From assembly GCA_903843285.1 (NCBI GenBank), contig CAIMPC010000010.1, positions 968-64,967 on the forward strand: DNA of 64,000 bases. Reading direction: 5' to 3'. Origin of the DNA: Candidatus Omnitrophota bacterium (GTDB lineage: Bacteria; Omnitrophota; Gorgyraeia; 2-01-FULL-45-10). The notes beneath the pieces were generated by a model, which was not told where the DNA came from, did not search any database, and saw only the letters and a list, made by a program, of their open reading frames with translations. Positions 27,945 through 38,420 of the stretch are shown one piece after another. The translations under genes and the position numbers were made by a program. Each line of letters starts with the position of its first letter. Positions within the stretch are counted from its first letter, which is position 1.

Positions 27945-30557
27945 ATGAAGAAATCGATATTTATGCCATTCATTAGACATGCGGTGCTTGTAGTAGCGTT
28001 AGTTTTATTGCCCTCGGCGGTATCCTGCCAAAACCTTTCATGGGAAGACCTGAGCAAGCAGTCGTGGGAATTAAACAAACAGGGTAACTTCTCCGGAGCC
28101 ATCAGCACGGCCAAAAAAGCGCTCGAAGCGGCTACGGAACAATTTGGCCCAAAACATGCAAATGTGGTGATATCCCTTAACTCCATAGCGGCCATGTACA
28201 AAACCCATGAGAAGTATAAGGAATCGGAAGCCTACTATAAGAAGGCGCTTGCTATGCGGACTCTCTCAATAAGCTGTCCCGTTATAAAACAGGATTACCT
28301 GGACATATACACGGCGATGAAAAACCTCTATTCCGTATACAAGATTCAAAATAAATTACCTCAGGCCGGAAAAGTATTGAGACGCGCGTTAACTATTGAA
28401 GAAAAAGTGACGGGGAAAGATTCTCCGGAAGTAGAGAGAGACATCAGAGACCTGATCTCCATATATGAGGCCCAGGACAAACCTCAGCGGACGGAGCCAT
28501 TATATAAGAGGATTATAGAGATCGAAGAGAAGCGCCATGGGCCAAACAGCGCTGAGGTGGCCAATACCATGAATAGCCTCGCCGCCGCATATCGGTCGAT
28601 GAAACGATATGATGAGGCCGAGCCGCTATTAAAGAAGATAATAACCCTGGCCGAAAGCACGCATGGCGCCCAGGATGGCACTTTACCGACATTTCTGAAT
28701 AATCTGGGTACCGTACACTTCTACCGGGGGAAATATCAGGAGGCCGAGGAGCTATTTAAGAGAGCGCTGGCTATGGATGAAAAGATGTTCGGGGTAAATA
28801 GTCCCGAGATTGTCACCGATCTTAATAATCTCGCGACACTGTATTCTTATGAAAAGAGATATCAGGAGGCCGAGGAGCGCTACCATAGGGTGCTGGATAT
28901 AAATGAAAAGTCATTCGGACCCGAAAGCGTTAATTCTATAAAGTATATGAATAATCTTGCGGCTATATTTGCATATCAGCGAAAGTATAATGATGCAGAG
29001 AGCCTTTACAACAGAGTGATAGCTATAAGCGAGAAAGCGTATGGGCCGGATCATCCGGCTATGGCATCCGCTCTTAATAATCTGGCGTTTCTATACCAAA
29101 AACAGGCCGATTATGCAAGAGCCGAACAGCTCTATTTACGCTCCGCGCTGATATGCGAGAAGGATCTGGATAAAAATTATTCTATAATGAAGACCGCTAT
29201 AAATAACCTGGTAGCCATATACAGGATTCAGGACAGGCAGGCCGAAACGGCACAGGCGCTAAAAAGATTGATAGATATGAGCGATAACGCAAAAAAAAAA
29301 GAAAACCCTGACTCGATCCCCGCACTAAAAGATCTTATAACGATATATACCACCCAGAATAATTTTAAGATGATGGAGGAAGTGTACCTCAGGCTGATCC
29401 TGGTGGAGGAGAATGTATTCGGCACCGATAGCGCGGAGCTGGCCGATACTATGAATAAGTTGGCCGGCATTTATAGATCCCAGCGAAAGTTATCGCAGGC
29501 CGAGCCGCTCTTAAAAAGAGTGGTTCAGATAGCGGAGAGCGTAGACGGCCTGTACAGCACAAGCCTTTCCAGCTACCTCAATAATTTAGGGGTCCTATAT
29601 TTTTATCAGGGAAAGTTTACAGAGGCCGAGCCGCTCCTAAGAAAAGCGCTTACCATAGACGAGAAAGCGCTGGGAAAGAATGATCCGGGGATAGTAGAAG
29701 ATCTGAATAATCTTGCCGTAGTCTATTCGTTCCTTAAGAAGTATAAGGAAGCAGAGATCCTTTATGGTCGTGTTATAGGGATATCTTCGAAGGTATCCGG
29801 CGAGGATAGCTTAGCGGCGATATCGGCGACCAACAAGCTGGCGTACGTCTACGAGTCGGAAGAAAAATATGAAGAGGCGGCAAAGCTTTACACCAAGGTT
29901 ATAGAGATATGCGCTAAGGATGAGGCCAAGAACTATCCTGAGCTCAGGATTTCGCTAAACAGCCTCGCTAATATTTACAGCGGTATGGGTAAGCATGAAG
30001 AGGCTGAGCCATACCTTAAGAGGGCGCTCGCTCTCGAGGAGAAGATTGCCGGTAAAGGCAGTATGGATTATGCCGAGACGCTGAACTATTTGGCCAGGAT
30101 CTACAGGGCCCAGGGGCGATATTCGGAGGCGGAGGCGGCATTAAAGCAAGTTATAGAAACCGGGGAAAAGATGATCGGTTCAGATAACCCGGTGATGAGG
30201 CCATATTTGGATAATCTGGCTACAGTATATTTTTATCAGAAAAGATATGAAGAAGCCCAGCCGCTTATGGAAAAGATATTGAGTATAGATGAAAAGATTG
30301 GTGGGAAGGAGAATCCTGAGCTGGTAAAAGATTTGAATAATCTGGCTACGTTATATTCAAAGTTAAATAGACTCGAGGATGCAGAGTTGTTATATTCCCG
30401 AGCCGCATACCTATGCCAAAACTTTAGCAGTGATCCTAAGGAACTCGCAAATATTCTCGAAAATATGGCAAACATGTACGAAATGGTAAATAATTCTGAA
30501 AGAGCCGAAAATTTACGTTTGCAAGCAGAATCAATTCGTAAACCAGCCAAGCCTTGA
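27945..30557 (+). CDS. tetratricopeptide-repeat protein (TPR_12 / kinesin-light-chain-type repeats), secreted or lipoprotein
   Basis: Signal peptide with possible lipobox (LLPSAVSC). About 17 tandem ~42-aa units of form NNLAxLYxxxGxYxEAEPLxKRALxIxEKxxG. Confidence 0.85.
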   Translation: MKKSIFMPFIRHAVLVVALVLLPSAVSCQNLSWEDLSKQSWELNKQGNFSGAISTAKKALEAATEQFGPKHANVVISLNSIAAMYKTHEKYKESEAYYKKALAMRTLSISCPVIKQDYLDIYTAMKNLYSVYKIQNKLPQAGKVLRRALTIEEKVTGKDSPEVERDIRDLISIYEAQDKPQRTEPLYKRIIEIEEKRHGPNSAEVANTMNSLAAAYRSMKRYDEAEPLLKKIITLAESTHGAQDGTLPTFLNNLGTVHFYRGKYQEAEELFKRALAMDEKMFGVNSPEIVTDLNNLATLYSYEKRYQEAEERYHRVLDINEKSFGPESVNSIKYMNNLAAIFAYQRKYNDAESLYNRVIAISEKAYGPDHPAMASALNNLAFLYQKQADYARAEQLYLRSALICEKDLDKNYSIMKTAINNLVAIYRIQDRQAETAQALKRLIDMSDNAKKKENPDSIPALKDLITIYTTQNNFKMMEEVYLRLILVEENVFGTDSAELADTMNKLAGIYRSQRKLSQAEPLLKRVVQIAESVDGLYSTSLSSYLNNLGVLYFYQGKFTEAEPLLRKALTIDEKALGKNDPGIVEDLNNLAVVYSFLKKYKEAEILYGRVIGISSKVSGEDSLAAISATNKLAYVYESEEKYEEAAKLYTKVIEICAKDEAKNYPELRISLNSLANIYSGMGKHEEAEPYLKRALALEEKIAGKGSMDYAETLNYLARIYRAQGRYSEAEAALKQVIETGEKMIGSDNPVMRPYLDNLATVYFYQKRYEEAQPLMEKILSIDEKIGGKENPELVKDLNNLATLYSKLNRLEDAELLYSRAAYLCQNFSSDPKELANILENMANMYEMVNNSERAENLRLQAESIRKPAKP

Positions 30558-30593
30558 CAATAGTATAATCATTAGGTATACTCGGTAACAAAA

Positions 30594-30606
30594 GTTAGTT
30601 ACTAAC
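30594..30606 (+). promoter_or_regulatory. perfect palindrome GTTAGT-T-ACTAAC, candidate operator
   Basis: Lies about 20-40 nt upstream of the ROK-like regulator gene. The half-site AAGTTAGT recurs twice around the promoter of the giant gene (41602-41609 and 41665-41672). Confidence 0.35.
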
Positions 30607-30627
30607 GTTACGGCATTATTTCTTTAT

Positions 30628-31770
30628 ATGTATGATGGGGTTAAGAAAATGAAAATAGAGAGAAATTTTATATTTACCTGCCACACATTAAATGATAAAG
30701 AGAAGAGAAGTCTTTTGATTTATGATTTAATAAGGAAAAGAGGAATTATATCGAGATCGGAAATAACGAAAGCCACCGGGATAAACGCCGTATCAGTCTC
30801 TAACTATATAAATAATTTTATAGAAAAGAAGATGGTGCTGGAGAAGGGATTTGATATTTCGACGGGTGGTAGAAAACCTGAGCTTATTGAGCTTAATACT
30901 GAGGCGAACCATGTAATAGGTATCGATATCGGTAAAAGAGAAATAAGAGGAGCGATCGCGGATCTGGGGATTAATATAAAGGTAAGGAAACAGATCCATA
31001 GGCCTGCCGACAGAGAAGTTTCATCCGAGGTAGTTCGTTTAGTGGAGGATATGATAGCGGCATCGAAGATCAATATCACCGATATAAAGGCTGTCGGGCT
31101 GGGGCTATCCGATGAGAAATTCATTAATGTAGTGGCGGCTATAAAAAAGAAGACCGGAATCGATGCGTTTTACGGCCCGTCCGCCGCATGCGCAGCGTTT
31201 GCCGAGAGACGTATTAATCAAAGCGCGGATGTGGATAACCTTCTCTACATATATTCTGATGTCGGCGAGGGCGTCATGATGCACCAGGATATATATCTGA
31301 GCGCTTCGGAAGACGAGAGCCTCATGGAAGGCAAGCTCAGATACTTAAGGCCGTGGGACGACTATCTTAGTATTGCTGAGAGCGCCAGACGGGAAGTGGC
31401 CAGAGGCGTAGGGACAAAGATGGTGAGCCTCGCTAAGGGCAATGTTAATAATATCACCAGAGAAGATGTCATGGCGTGCGCCAGGGCAGACGACGAAGTT
31501 GCTCTTAATATAGTGCTTAGCGCCGGCATTAACCTTGGGCTCAGGATAGCATACCTGGTGAATCTTTTTGCTCCGGAAATAGTAGTTATAGGCGGCGGGG
31601 CGCAGGACGCCGGTGATATAATATTGATGCCGCTTAAAAAGACGGTGGACAGACTTGCGTTCCGCGACCATCTTAAGGGATTAAAGATAATTACCAGCAC
31701 GCTGGGAGAGGACGCAGTCGATATCGGCGCGGCTTCTCTGGCCATAAGAGAAGTATTTATTAAAGCATAG
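30628..31770 (+). CDS. ROK-like transcriptional regulator (N-terminal winged HTH + ASKHA sugar-kinase fold; Zn-Cys motif absent)
   Basis: HTH region LIRKRGIISRSEITKATGINAVSVSNYIN. Kinase-fold glycine loop VIGIDIGKREIRGAI. No CxCGxxGC motif, so probably a non-kinase regulator. Confidence 0.55.
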   Translation: MYDGVKKMKIERNFIFTCHTLNDKEKRSLLIYDLIRKRGIISRSEITKATGINAVSVSNYINNFIEKKMVLEKGFDISTGGRKPELIELNTEANHVIGIDIGKREIRGAIADLGINIKVRKQIHRPADREVSSEVVRLVEDMIAASKINITDIKAVGLGLSDEKFINVVAAIKKKTGIDAFYGPSAACAAFAERRINQSADVDNLLYIYSDVGEGVMMHQDIYLSASEDESLMEGKLRYLRPWDDYLSIAESARREVARGVGTKMVSLAKGNVNNITREDVMACARADDEVALNIVLSAGINLGLRIAYLVNLFAPEIVVIGGGAQDAGDIILMPLKKTVDRLAFRDHLKGLKIITSTLGEDAVDIGAASLAIREVFIKA

Positions 31771-31781
31771 GGGGGAGTGTC

Positions 31782-32135
31782 ATGTCAGAAGAGAAGATGT
31801 GTAAGTTATGTGGAAAACCGTTTCTTGCAAACAAGTACAGGCCAAACCAATCGATCTGCTCTTCTTTAGAATGTCAGTATCAGAGACAGCTCGAGAATAT
31901 GAAGCAGTGGCGTGATCGCAACCCTCAATATTTCAAATATAAAGCGAGTCAGGACTCATCATGGAAAGAGACATGCAGACAGCGTTCTCTCGAGTGGCGC
32001 AGGAGTCACATGGAATATCTGAAGCTATATAGAGAGGAACATAGAGAACGCCATAGAAATTACATGAGGGATTATATGAGACAGTATAGAAAGACGAGTA
32101 GTGCGAGTGAGACGGCGGAGCCGGGAGTAATATAA
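31782..32135 (+). CDS. hypothetical zinc-ribbon protein (117 aa), Arg/Tyr-rich C-terminus
   Basis: CKLCGKP...CSSLEC (4 Cys) N-terminal ribbon. GGGGGAG RBS. Confidence 0.45.
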   Translation: MSEEKMCKLCGKPFLANKYRPNQSICSSLECQYQRQLENMKQWRDRNPQYFKYKASQDSSWKETCRQRSLEWRRSHMEYLKLYREEHRERHRNYMRDYMRQYRKTSSASETAEPGVI

Positions 32136-32143
32136 GTCTACGT

Positions 32144-33994
32144 ATGCGTTCACTTAAGCCTATAGGCAAGATTTTTTTAGTGGCGGTATTTATCTTTGGT
32201 TTCACGGCAGGCGGCATAGCTATAGCCGAAGCGCTTGGGACCAAGGATGAGCTGAATTTTGAATTTAATCCGGCTGAAGGTTACGGCACTGCCCCGGAGA
32301 AGCCTACCACCCAACCAGAGATACCCGCAAAAGAGACTAAGAGTACGACGGCTCGACAGATAAAGACGTACCCAATAAAGGTTGAAGATAAGACCGCCTT
32401 GCCGGCTAATAAGCCCGAAGAGAAGAAAGCCCAGCCGCCGAAATTATTGGAAGTGAAGAAAGAAGTGATTAAGCTTCCTGAGTCCGCCGGGGCCGCGCGG
32501 CCTTCCGGTAAGGATGTCAGTGTGCTTAACAGATGGTTTGGCCTCGAGACCGGCGTGGAGAGCATGAAGATGCGGCGCAAGGCAGGGACCGAAACAATAT
32601 CAGGTAGCGGCCCGGGAGGTATCTTTAGTCTGGATGACTGCATAAATATTGCCATAAGAAACAACATACCTTTACAGATAGCTGAGAAGAATGTGAAGCT
32701 TGCCCAGATGAGGATTATGGAGGCCAGGCGCAATATGCTTCCATCAGCTACGGTGGTCTGGGAGCCCTATACAGGAGTTATGAACGAGCAGAGATATTAT
32801 GGCAGAAAACAATATATCGAGGGCAAACAGCCTGTGTTTCACGGAGGTGAATTATTCTTCACTCTGAAACAGGCTGAGGTTAATCTCGAGATCTCGAGAA
32901 ATGAATCAAATAAGACTAAGAATGAGCTAATCCTTCAGGTTAAGAAGGCATACTATTCGCTGGCGAAATCTGAGGATAACCTGAAATTGCAGTCGGAACT
33001 CTCAGTAGAGGTTGAACATATATTCAATATGGTAAATGAGCAGTATGACGCAAAGATCGCTTCTAAGTTGGAGCTTTTAAATGTGAGCTCTCAGGCCAGC
33101 CAGACAAAGTATCAGCTCGCCTCAGCTGATGGCGATGTGGGCGTCGCCGAGTTAATATTGAAACAGGCTATGAATATAGACCCTGAGGCAACGATTAAGG
33201 TAAGGCCTAAACTCGAATTTAACAGAGTGGAAGTAAAATACGCAGATGCGCTAAAGGCCGCGTTTGCGAACAGGCCAGAGGTTATCATAAATACTCTGAT
33301 GATAGATTATTATATCTACGGAAAGAAGGTGGCTTTATCTAAGGGTTTGCCAAAAGTGGATCTCATGGGAAGCTGGGGTCTGGCCAAAGAAACATATGTG
33401 CTGGAGGATAACGCGTTTAGCAATACTGGCGCGACCAACGCCCCGGGGTTTAATACACCGACCATAGCTGATGAAAAAGTGAAGGCACAATGGTATGCGG
33501 GGCTTAAAGCGTCCGTACCGGCCTGGGGATCTACAGGTGAATACTCATTCACCAGAGAACAGTGGGTGCCCACTGTGGCAACTTTCCAGGGCACCGAGGC
33601 AAAGACGAACTCGTTTAAATTTAAAATCCTGGATAATCTGGCCATGTATTCCGAAAAGCAGTCCGCCGAAATCGATTTCGATAGGGCGCGGCAGGAGCTT
33701 AATAAGATAAGGCAGGACGTTAATCTCGAAGTCAAAGAGGGATGTTTTAATTATCAGAAGGCGCTGATTCAGCTCGACACAGCGGTGTATAAAGTGAAAT
33801 ATCAGGAAAAGGATCTCGAATTTACTAAGATGAAACGGTCGCTCGACGAAGCGCAGGATTCGAGCGTAATCGAAAGCATGATAAAGCTTTCCCAGGAGAG
33901 GTTTGGATATGTGCAGGCCCTGACGGACTGCCACACGGCCGTCGCCAGTATAAATAAAGCTATCGGAGTAAAAGATTATATTAAGGACGAATAG
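32144..33994 (+). CDS. outer membrane efflux protein (TolC/OEP family) with long Pro/Lys-rich N-terminal extension
   Basis: Signal peptide, ~130-aa low-complexity P/K/E/T linker, then two OEP repeats. First gene of the OEP-MFP-RND-RND operon. Confidence 0.75.
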   Translation: MRSLKPIGKIFLVAVFIFGFTAGGIAIAEALGTKDELNFEFNPAEGYGTAPEKPTTQPEIPAKETKSTTARQIKTYPIKVEDKTALPANKPEEKKAQPPKLLEVKKEVIKLPESAGAARPSGKDVSVLNRWFGLETGVESMKMRRKAGTETISGSGPGGIFSLDDCINIAIRNNIPLQIAEKNVKLAQMRIMEARRNMLPSATVVWEPYTGVMNEQRYYGRKQYIEGKQPVFHGGELFFTLKQAEVNLEISRNESNKTKNELILQVKKAYYSLAKSEDNLKLQSELSVEVEHIFNMVNEQYDAKIASKLELLNVSSQASQTKYQLASADGDVGVAELILKQAMNIDPEATIKVRPKLEFNRVEVKYADALKAAFANRPEVIINTLMIDYYIYGKKVALSKGLPKVDLMGSWGLAKETYVLEDNAFSNTGATNAPGFNTPTIADEKVKAQWYAGLKASVPAWGSTGEYSFTREQWVPTVATFQGTEAKTNSFKFKILDNLAMYSEKQSAEIDFDRARQELNKIRQDVNLEVKEGCFNYQKALIQLDTAVYKVKYQEKDLEFTKMKRSLDEAQDSSVIESMIKLSQERFGYVQALTDCHTAVASINKAIGVKDYIKDE

Positions 33995-34025
33995 GTCTCG
34001 ACGATAAAAAAGGGGCATTGAATTT

Positions 34026-35225
34026 ATGGATATAAAAGCCAAGAGAAAATTTATTATTATCGGCATCATAGCAGTGGTGGTGGTGCTCATCCTGGTAAAG
34101 ACGACCGAGAATATTCAAAAGGCTATATTTAAGAAGAAGCCGGCGGCGGGAGCCAAGATCCCGGGCGTGACGTTAGAGGAAGAGGCGGTCCCGGTGAAAG
34201 TAATAAAGGCTAAAAAGATAGACTTTAAAGACACTTTACCATCGATCGGAAATGTTAAAGGTTTTAAAGAGGTCGATCTGCGTTTTCAGGCGGCCGGTGT
34301 CATAGAGAGCATGAACTTTGAAGATGGAGAGAAGGTCCAGGAGGGGGATATAATAGCGAGTCTCGTACAGAGGGATGCGCTTCTTAAATTAAAGTATGCC
34401 GAGGTGGAATTAAATAAGAATAAGAAACTCTTTGAAATAGGGGCTATAGCTCCCATGAAGATGGATCAGGCCAAATTAGAATACGAGTCGGCCAAATCAG
34501 ATCTCGATAAGACTAATATATACGCGATGTTTAACGGGCTCATGGGGCCGCGGACGCTGGATGTGGGTAGCTACGTTAACCCGAGCACGAACGATAAGGT
34601 GGCGACGTTTGTGGTTACGGATAAGGTTTATGCCGAGTTCAATATAATCGAAAAGGATATGCCGAACGTGGTTCTGGGCCAGAAGGTAGAGATATTTGCG
34701 GATGCTTATCCCGGAAGGTCGTTCAATGGAACCGTGGATAGGATCTCTCCTATTATAGAGGGACGCTCGCGCACAATGAATATTAAGGCCGAGCTTGAAA
34801 ATAAGGACGGGGCGTTGAAGCCGGGACTCTTTGTGCGGGCGCTGATATATACGTACGATAAGAAAGATGCCATCGTATTGCCAACATCCGCGATGAAGAA
34901 GAAGGATGCGGATATATTTGTGTACGTCGTTAATAAGGAAGAACCGAAGAAAGATATAGTCCAGGAGAAGCCGGCGAAGAAGGGCGGGCTGTTCGGGTTC
35001 GGTAAGAAGAAAGAGGAGCCTAAAAAGGAACCTACCGTGAAAGAAAAAGAGGCCCAATACGGCACCATTGAGATTAGGAAGATTAAGCTGGGGCACACGA
35101 CGGCCGATATGATGGAAATAAATGAAGGTATAAAAGAAGATGAGCTTGTTATTGTAGAGGTCCAGGAAGAATTTAAGGATAAGGCCCGCGTCGAGATAGC
35201 CGAAATACAAGAAGGACTGTTATGA
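34026..35225 (+). CDS. RND efflux periplasmic adaptor (AcrA/HlyD-type MFP)
   Basis: TM anchor, lipoyl-like hairpin (GDIIASLVQRD...YAEVELNK) and beta-barrel MFP domains. Lys/Glu-rich C-terminal insertion. Confidence 0.8.
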   Translation: MDIKAKRKFIIIGIIAVVVVLILVKTTENIQKAIFKKKPAAGAKIPGVTLEEEAVPVKVIKAKKIDFKDTLPSIGNVKGFKEVDLRFQAAGVIESMNFEDGEKVQEGDIIASLVQRDALLKLKYAEVELNKNKKLFEIGAIAPMKMDQAKLEYESAKSDLDKTNIYAMFNGLMGPRTLDVGSYVNPSTNDKVATFVVTDKVYAEFNIIEKDMPNVVLGQKVEIFADAYPGRSFNGTVDRISPIIEGRSRTMNIKAELENKDGALKPGLFVRALIYTYDKKDAIVLPTSAMKKKDADIFVYVVNKEEPKKDIVQEKPAKKGGLFGFGKKKEEPKKEPTVKEKEAQYGTIEIRKIKLGHTTADMMEINEGIKEDELVIVEVQEEFKDKARVEIAEIQEGLL

Positions 35226-35266
35226 CAGCAGACAGCATATCGTGATAGGAAGCGAATGATTAATTT

Positions 35267-38200
35267 ATGAGTTTACCGCAACTCTCCGTAAATAGGCCCG
35301 TTACCGTTATGATGGTGGTAGCGGCCGTTTTGATATTTGGCACAGTCTCATTAGGGCTGCTGCCACAGGAACTATTCCCGCAGATAGTATTTCCACAGCT
35401 TACGGTTGTAACCCCTTATGAGAACGCCGCCCCGGAAGAGATAGAGACCCTTATCACAAAACCTATAGAGGAAGCGATAGGCACCGTATCGGGTATTAAG
35501 AAGATAAGCTCTATATCTAAAGAAGGCTTATCGATGGTCATAGCCGAATTCGGCTGGGGTCAGAATATAAATTTTGCCGCCCTCGGAATGAGGGAGAAGA
35601 TAGACCTGGTAAAAGAGCGCCTTCCCAGGGAGGCCGAGGAACCGATAGTTCTGCCATTCAATCCTTTTGATAAACCTATCCTTATACTTAGCGTGACCAG
35701 TTCAAAAGATCGCCAGCCGGTAATTTTCCGGGAACTGGTACGTAAGATGATAAAAGATTCGCTCGAAAAGGTGGACGGAGTAGCATCCGCAAATATATCG
35801 GGTGGAATGGAGCGCGAGATCCAGGTGGAAGTCGATCAGGATAAGCTTCGCGCAAGAGATATCCCAATACTGGATATCTCTAAAGCCATCTCCAATTCTA
35901 ATATCAATTATCCGGCCGGCACTATAAAAGAGAGCTTCTATGAATACCTGATAAGAACGCTTGGCGAGTTTTCCGCTGTTCGCGATATAGAAGAGACGGT
36001 CATAAATACGGGCGCAGATCAGGAAGGCGCCCAGGGTGGAGGCCAGGGCAGCGCGATAGCCAGAAATAATAACCTCATATATCTGAAGGATGTGGCTAAG
36101 GTAACAGATGGCCTGAAGGAGAGGACGAGCTACTCCCGATATAACGGAAAAGATAATATATCTATTCTTGTGCAAAAACAGGCGATGGGCAATACCGTCA
36201 GGATAATCGACAGAGTTAAGCAAAGGATCCGCGAACTTAAAGATGACTTACCCAAAGATATAAATATCGCCATAGTTTATGATCAATCCGAATTTATAAA
36301 GAGCTCTATTAACGGTGTCTGGGAGGCCGCATGGCAGGGAGCGGTGCTGGTATTTCTGGTGCTCTATTTCTTCCTGCGAAATATCTGGAGCGCGCTGATA
36401 GTCACCCTGACTATTCCGATTTCCGTAATAACTACATTCTCGCTTATGTTCTTCTTTGGAATATCGATAAATATGATGTCACTGGGAGGCCTTGCATTTG
36501 GTGTCGGACATCTCGTAGATTACGCGATAGTTGTAGTGGAAAACATATTCAGGCATACGCAGATGGGTGAGGATCAGAAAAAAGCGGCAGTCATCGGAAC
36601 CGATGAGGTCTTCATCGCGGTAACAGGATCGGTGCTTACGAATATCGTCGTCTTCCTGCCTCTCATATTCATCGTCGGTATATTCGGACAGATAATTAAA
36701 GATTTTGCCCTGACGCTTACATTTTCGTTCCTTGCCGCATTAATAGCTTCCATGACTTTTATACCGCTTCTTGCTTCACGCGGTAAGAGCCTCAGTATCG
36801 GAGAGTCGGAGGGCAGTGCGGCGAAGTCCGGAGGAAAAGGGTTCTCCTTAGATAAGGTAGCGAAATTCTATGAGAACCTTCTGGAAAAATACATTCATCA
36901 GAAGGGCAAGTATCTGGCCTATACACTGCTTCTCTTTTTAGTTTCGGTAAGCGTATTTATATTTCTCGACAAAGAGCTGATGCCAAAGGTTGATCAGGGA
37001 CAGTTTACGATTAAGATAGATATGCCCGCCGGCACGAGGCTCGATGTCACAAATTCGATATCCGAAAAAATAGAAGGCTTCCTTTTATCTATACCTGATG
37101 TTTCGTCCCTGAGCGTTACGGTGGGATCTACGAAAGAATCTACCACGAAGAGCGTCATTGAACGTCTGAGCGCTAACCAGGCGGAGATAATCATTACTCT
37201 TAAAAAGAAGAGAAAGATTAAGAGCTCAGAAATAGTTCAGATAGTTAAGGGTAAGATATCGTCGATGAATCTGGGAGGCGCCAGGACCGAATATGTCCTG
37301 CAGGAGAATGTCTTGTCGACCGGCGGAACAGTGCAAGCACCTGTAACTATCGAAGTCAAAGGCAATGACCTGGCAGCCCTCGAGAGATTGACTCGCGACA
37401 TACAGAAAGGGCTCGAGAAGGTTAAGGGAGTGTATGGCATAAAGAACAATCTTGCGGAGCCGTCTCCCGAGGCCAAAGTATTTATAGATAAGGATAAGTC
37501 CTCGATATACAACCTATCGGTTACAGATATCGCACAGACTTCTTTGATCGGATTGAAAGGCTACATCTCTACAAAGTTTAAAGAAAAGGGCGAGGAGTTT
37601 GATGTAAGGGTCCGGCTCAGGAAGCAGGATAGGGATAGTTTCGATAAACTCGGCAGGCTGGAGCTTCAATCCCCGGGTGGCATGAAAGTTCAGCTATCCA
37701 GCGTTGCGAATTTCGGTAAAGGTAAGGGGCCGAGCGAAATAAAGAGATTGAACCAGGAGAGGGTGGTGCTCGTCTACGCCAATATCTATAACAGGCCCCT
37801 TAAGGACATAGTTTCCGACGTTACGGGGATGCTGAAATCACTCAAGACGCCGAAGGATTATTCCGTTAAGCTTACGGGTGAGACGGAAGACATGAAGAGC
37901 TCTTTCGAAAGCATGAGAAATGCCATCATAGCCGCCTTCTTGTTGGTCTACATGATCATGGCTGCGCTATTCGAATCCCTATGGCAGCCGTTTATAATAA
38001 TGTTCACTATACCTCTTGCTGTAATAGGCGTGGGTTGGAGCCTTCTGATAACCCGCACGAGCGTTAACGCGTATGTTCTGATGGGGTTTGTTATGCTCTG
38101 CGGTATAGTCGTTAATAATGCCATAGTGCTTATAGACTGTATAAACCTATTCCTTTCTAAAGGCATGAAGCTCGAAGAAGCTGTCGTAAAAGCAAGCAAT

Positions 38201-38419
38201 GTAAGATTAAGGCCGATACTCATGACGGCCCTTACCACTATATTAGGCCTTGCGCCAATGGCATTTCTCGGCGGCGAGGGGGCGGAACTGCGCGCGCCTA
38301 TGGCGATCACCGTAATGGGCGGACTTCTCGTGGCTACATTTCTCACGCTGGTCGTTATTCCGGCCCTATATCTGATGTTCGTCGAGACCGCAGAGAAGAT
38401 TTTCAAACGAAAAAAATAA
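35267..38419 (+). CDS. RND efflux permease (AcrB/HAE1-like), 1050 aa
   Basis: 12-TM AcrB architecture with two large periplasmic loops. N-terminus RPVTVMMVVAAVLIFG matches the RND consensus. Confidence 0.9.
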   Translation: MSLPQLSVNRPVTVMMVVAAVLIFGTVSLGLLPQELFPQIVFPQLTVVTPYENAAPEEIETLITKPIEEAIGTVSGIKKISSISKEGLSMVIAEFGWGQNINFAALGMREKIDLVKERLPREAEEPIVLPFNPFDKPILILSVTSSKDRQPVIFRELVRKMIKDSLEKVDGVASANISGGMEREIQVEVDQDKLRARDIPILDISKAISNSNINYPAGTIKESFYEYLIRTLGEFSAVRDIEETVINTGADQEGAQGGGQGSAIARNNNLIYLKDVAKVTDGLKERTSYSRYNGKDNISILVQKQAMGNTVRIIDRVKQRIRELKDDLPKDINIAIVYDQSEFIKSSINGVWEAAWQGAVLVFLVLYFFLRNIWSALIVTLTIPISVITTFSLMFFFGISINMMSLGGLAFGVGHLVDYAIVVVENIFRHTQMGEDQKKAAVIGTDEVFIAVTGSVLTNIVVFLPLIFIVGIFGQIIKDFALTLTFSFLAALIASMTFIPLLASRGKSLSIGESEGSAAKSGGKGFSLDKVAKFYENLLEKYIHQKGKYLAYTLLLFLVSVSVFIFLDKELMPKVDQGQFTIKIDMPAGTRLDVTNSISEKIEGFLLSIPDVSSLSVTVGSTKESTTKSVIERLSANQAEIIITLKKKRKIKSSEIVQIVKGKISSMNLGGARTEYVLQENVLSTGGTVQAPVTIEVKGNDLAALERLTRDIQKGLEKVKGVYGIKNNLAEPSPEAKVFIDKDKSSIYNLSVTDIAQTSLIGLKGYISTKFKEKGEEFDVRVRLRKQDRDSFDKLGRLELQSPGGMKVQLSSVANFGKGKGPSEIKRLNQERVVLVYANIYNRPLKDIVSDVTGMLKSLKTPKDYSVKLTGETEDMKSSFESMRNAIIAAFLLVYMIMAALFESLWQPFIIMFTIPLAVIGVGWSLLITRTSVNAYVLMGFVMLCGIVVNNAIVLIDCINLFLSKGMKLEEAVVKASNVRLRPILMTALTTILGLAPMAFLGGEGAELRAPMAITVMGGLLVATFLTLVVIPALYLMFVETAEKIFKRKK

Positions 38420-38420
38420 G

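Noticed and set aside
27945-30557. Regular ~126-bp periodicity in the TPR gene, and periodicity in the coiled-coil gene, as a possible CRISPR-like array
   Set aside because: The repeats are in-frame protein repeats (TPR_12 units and heptads) with divergent DNA sequence. There are no identical direct repeats with unique spacers.
30553-30583. TTGACA immediately followed by TAGTATAAT upstream of the ROK-like gene as a promoter
   Set aside because: The hexamers are only ~4 nt apart, an impossible spacer. TATAAT alone may still act as a -10, but I cannot support a full promoter call.
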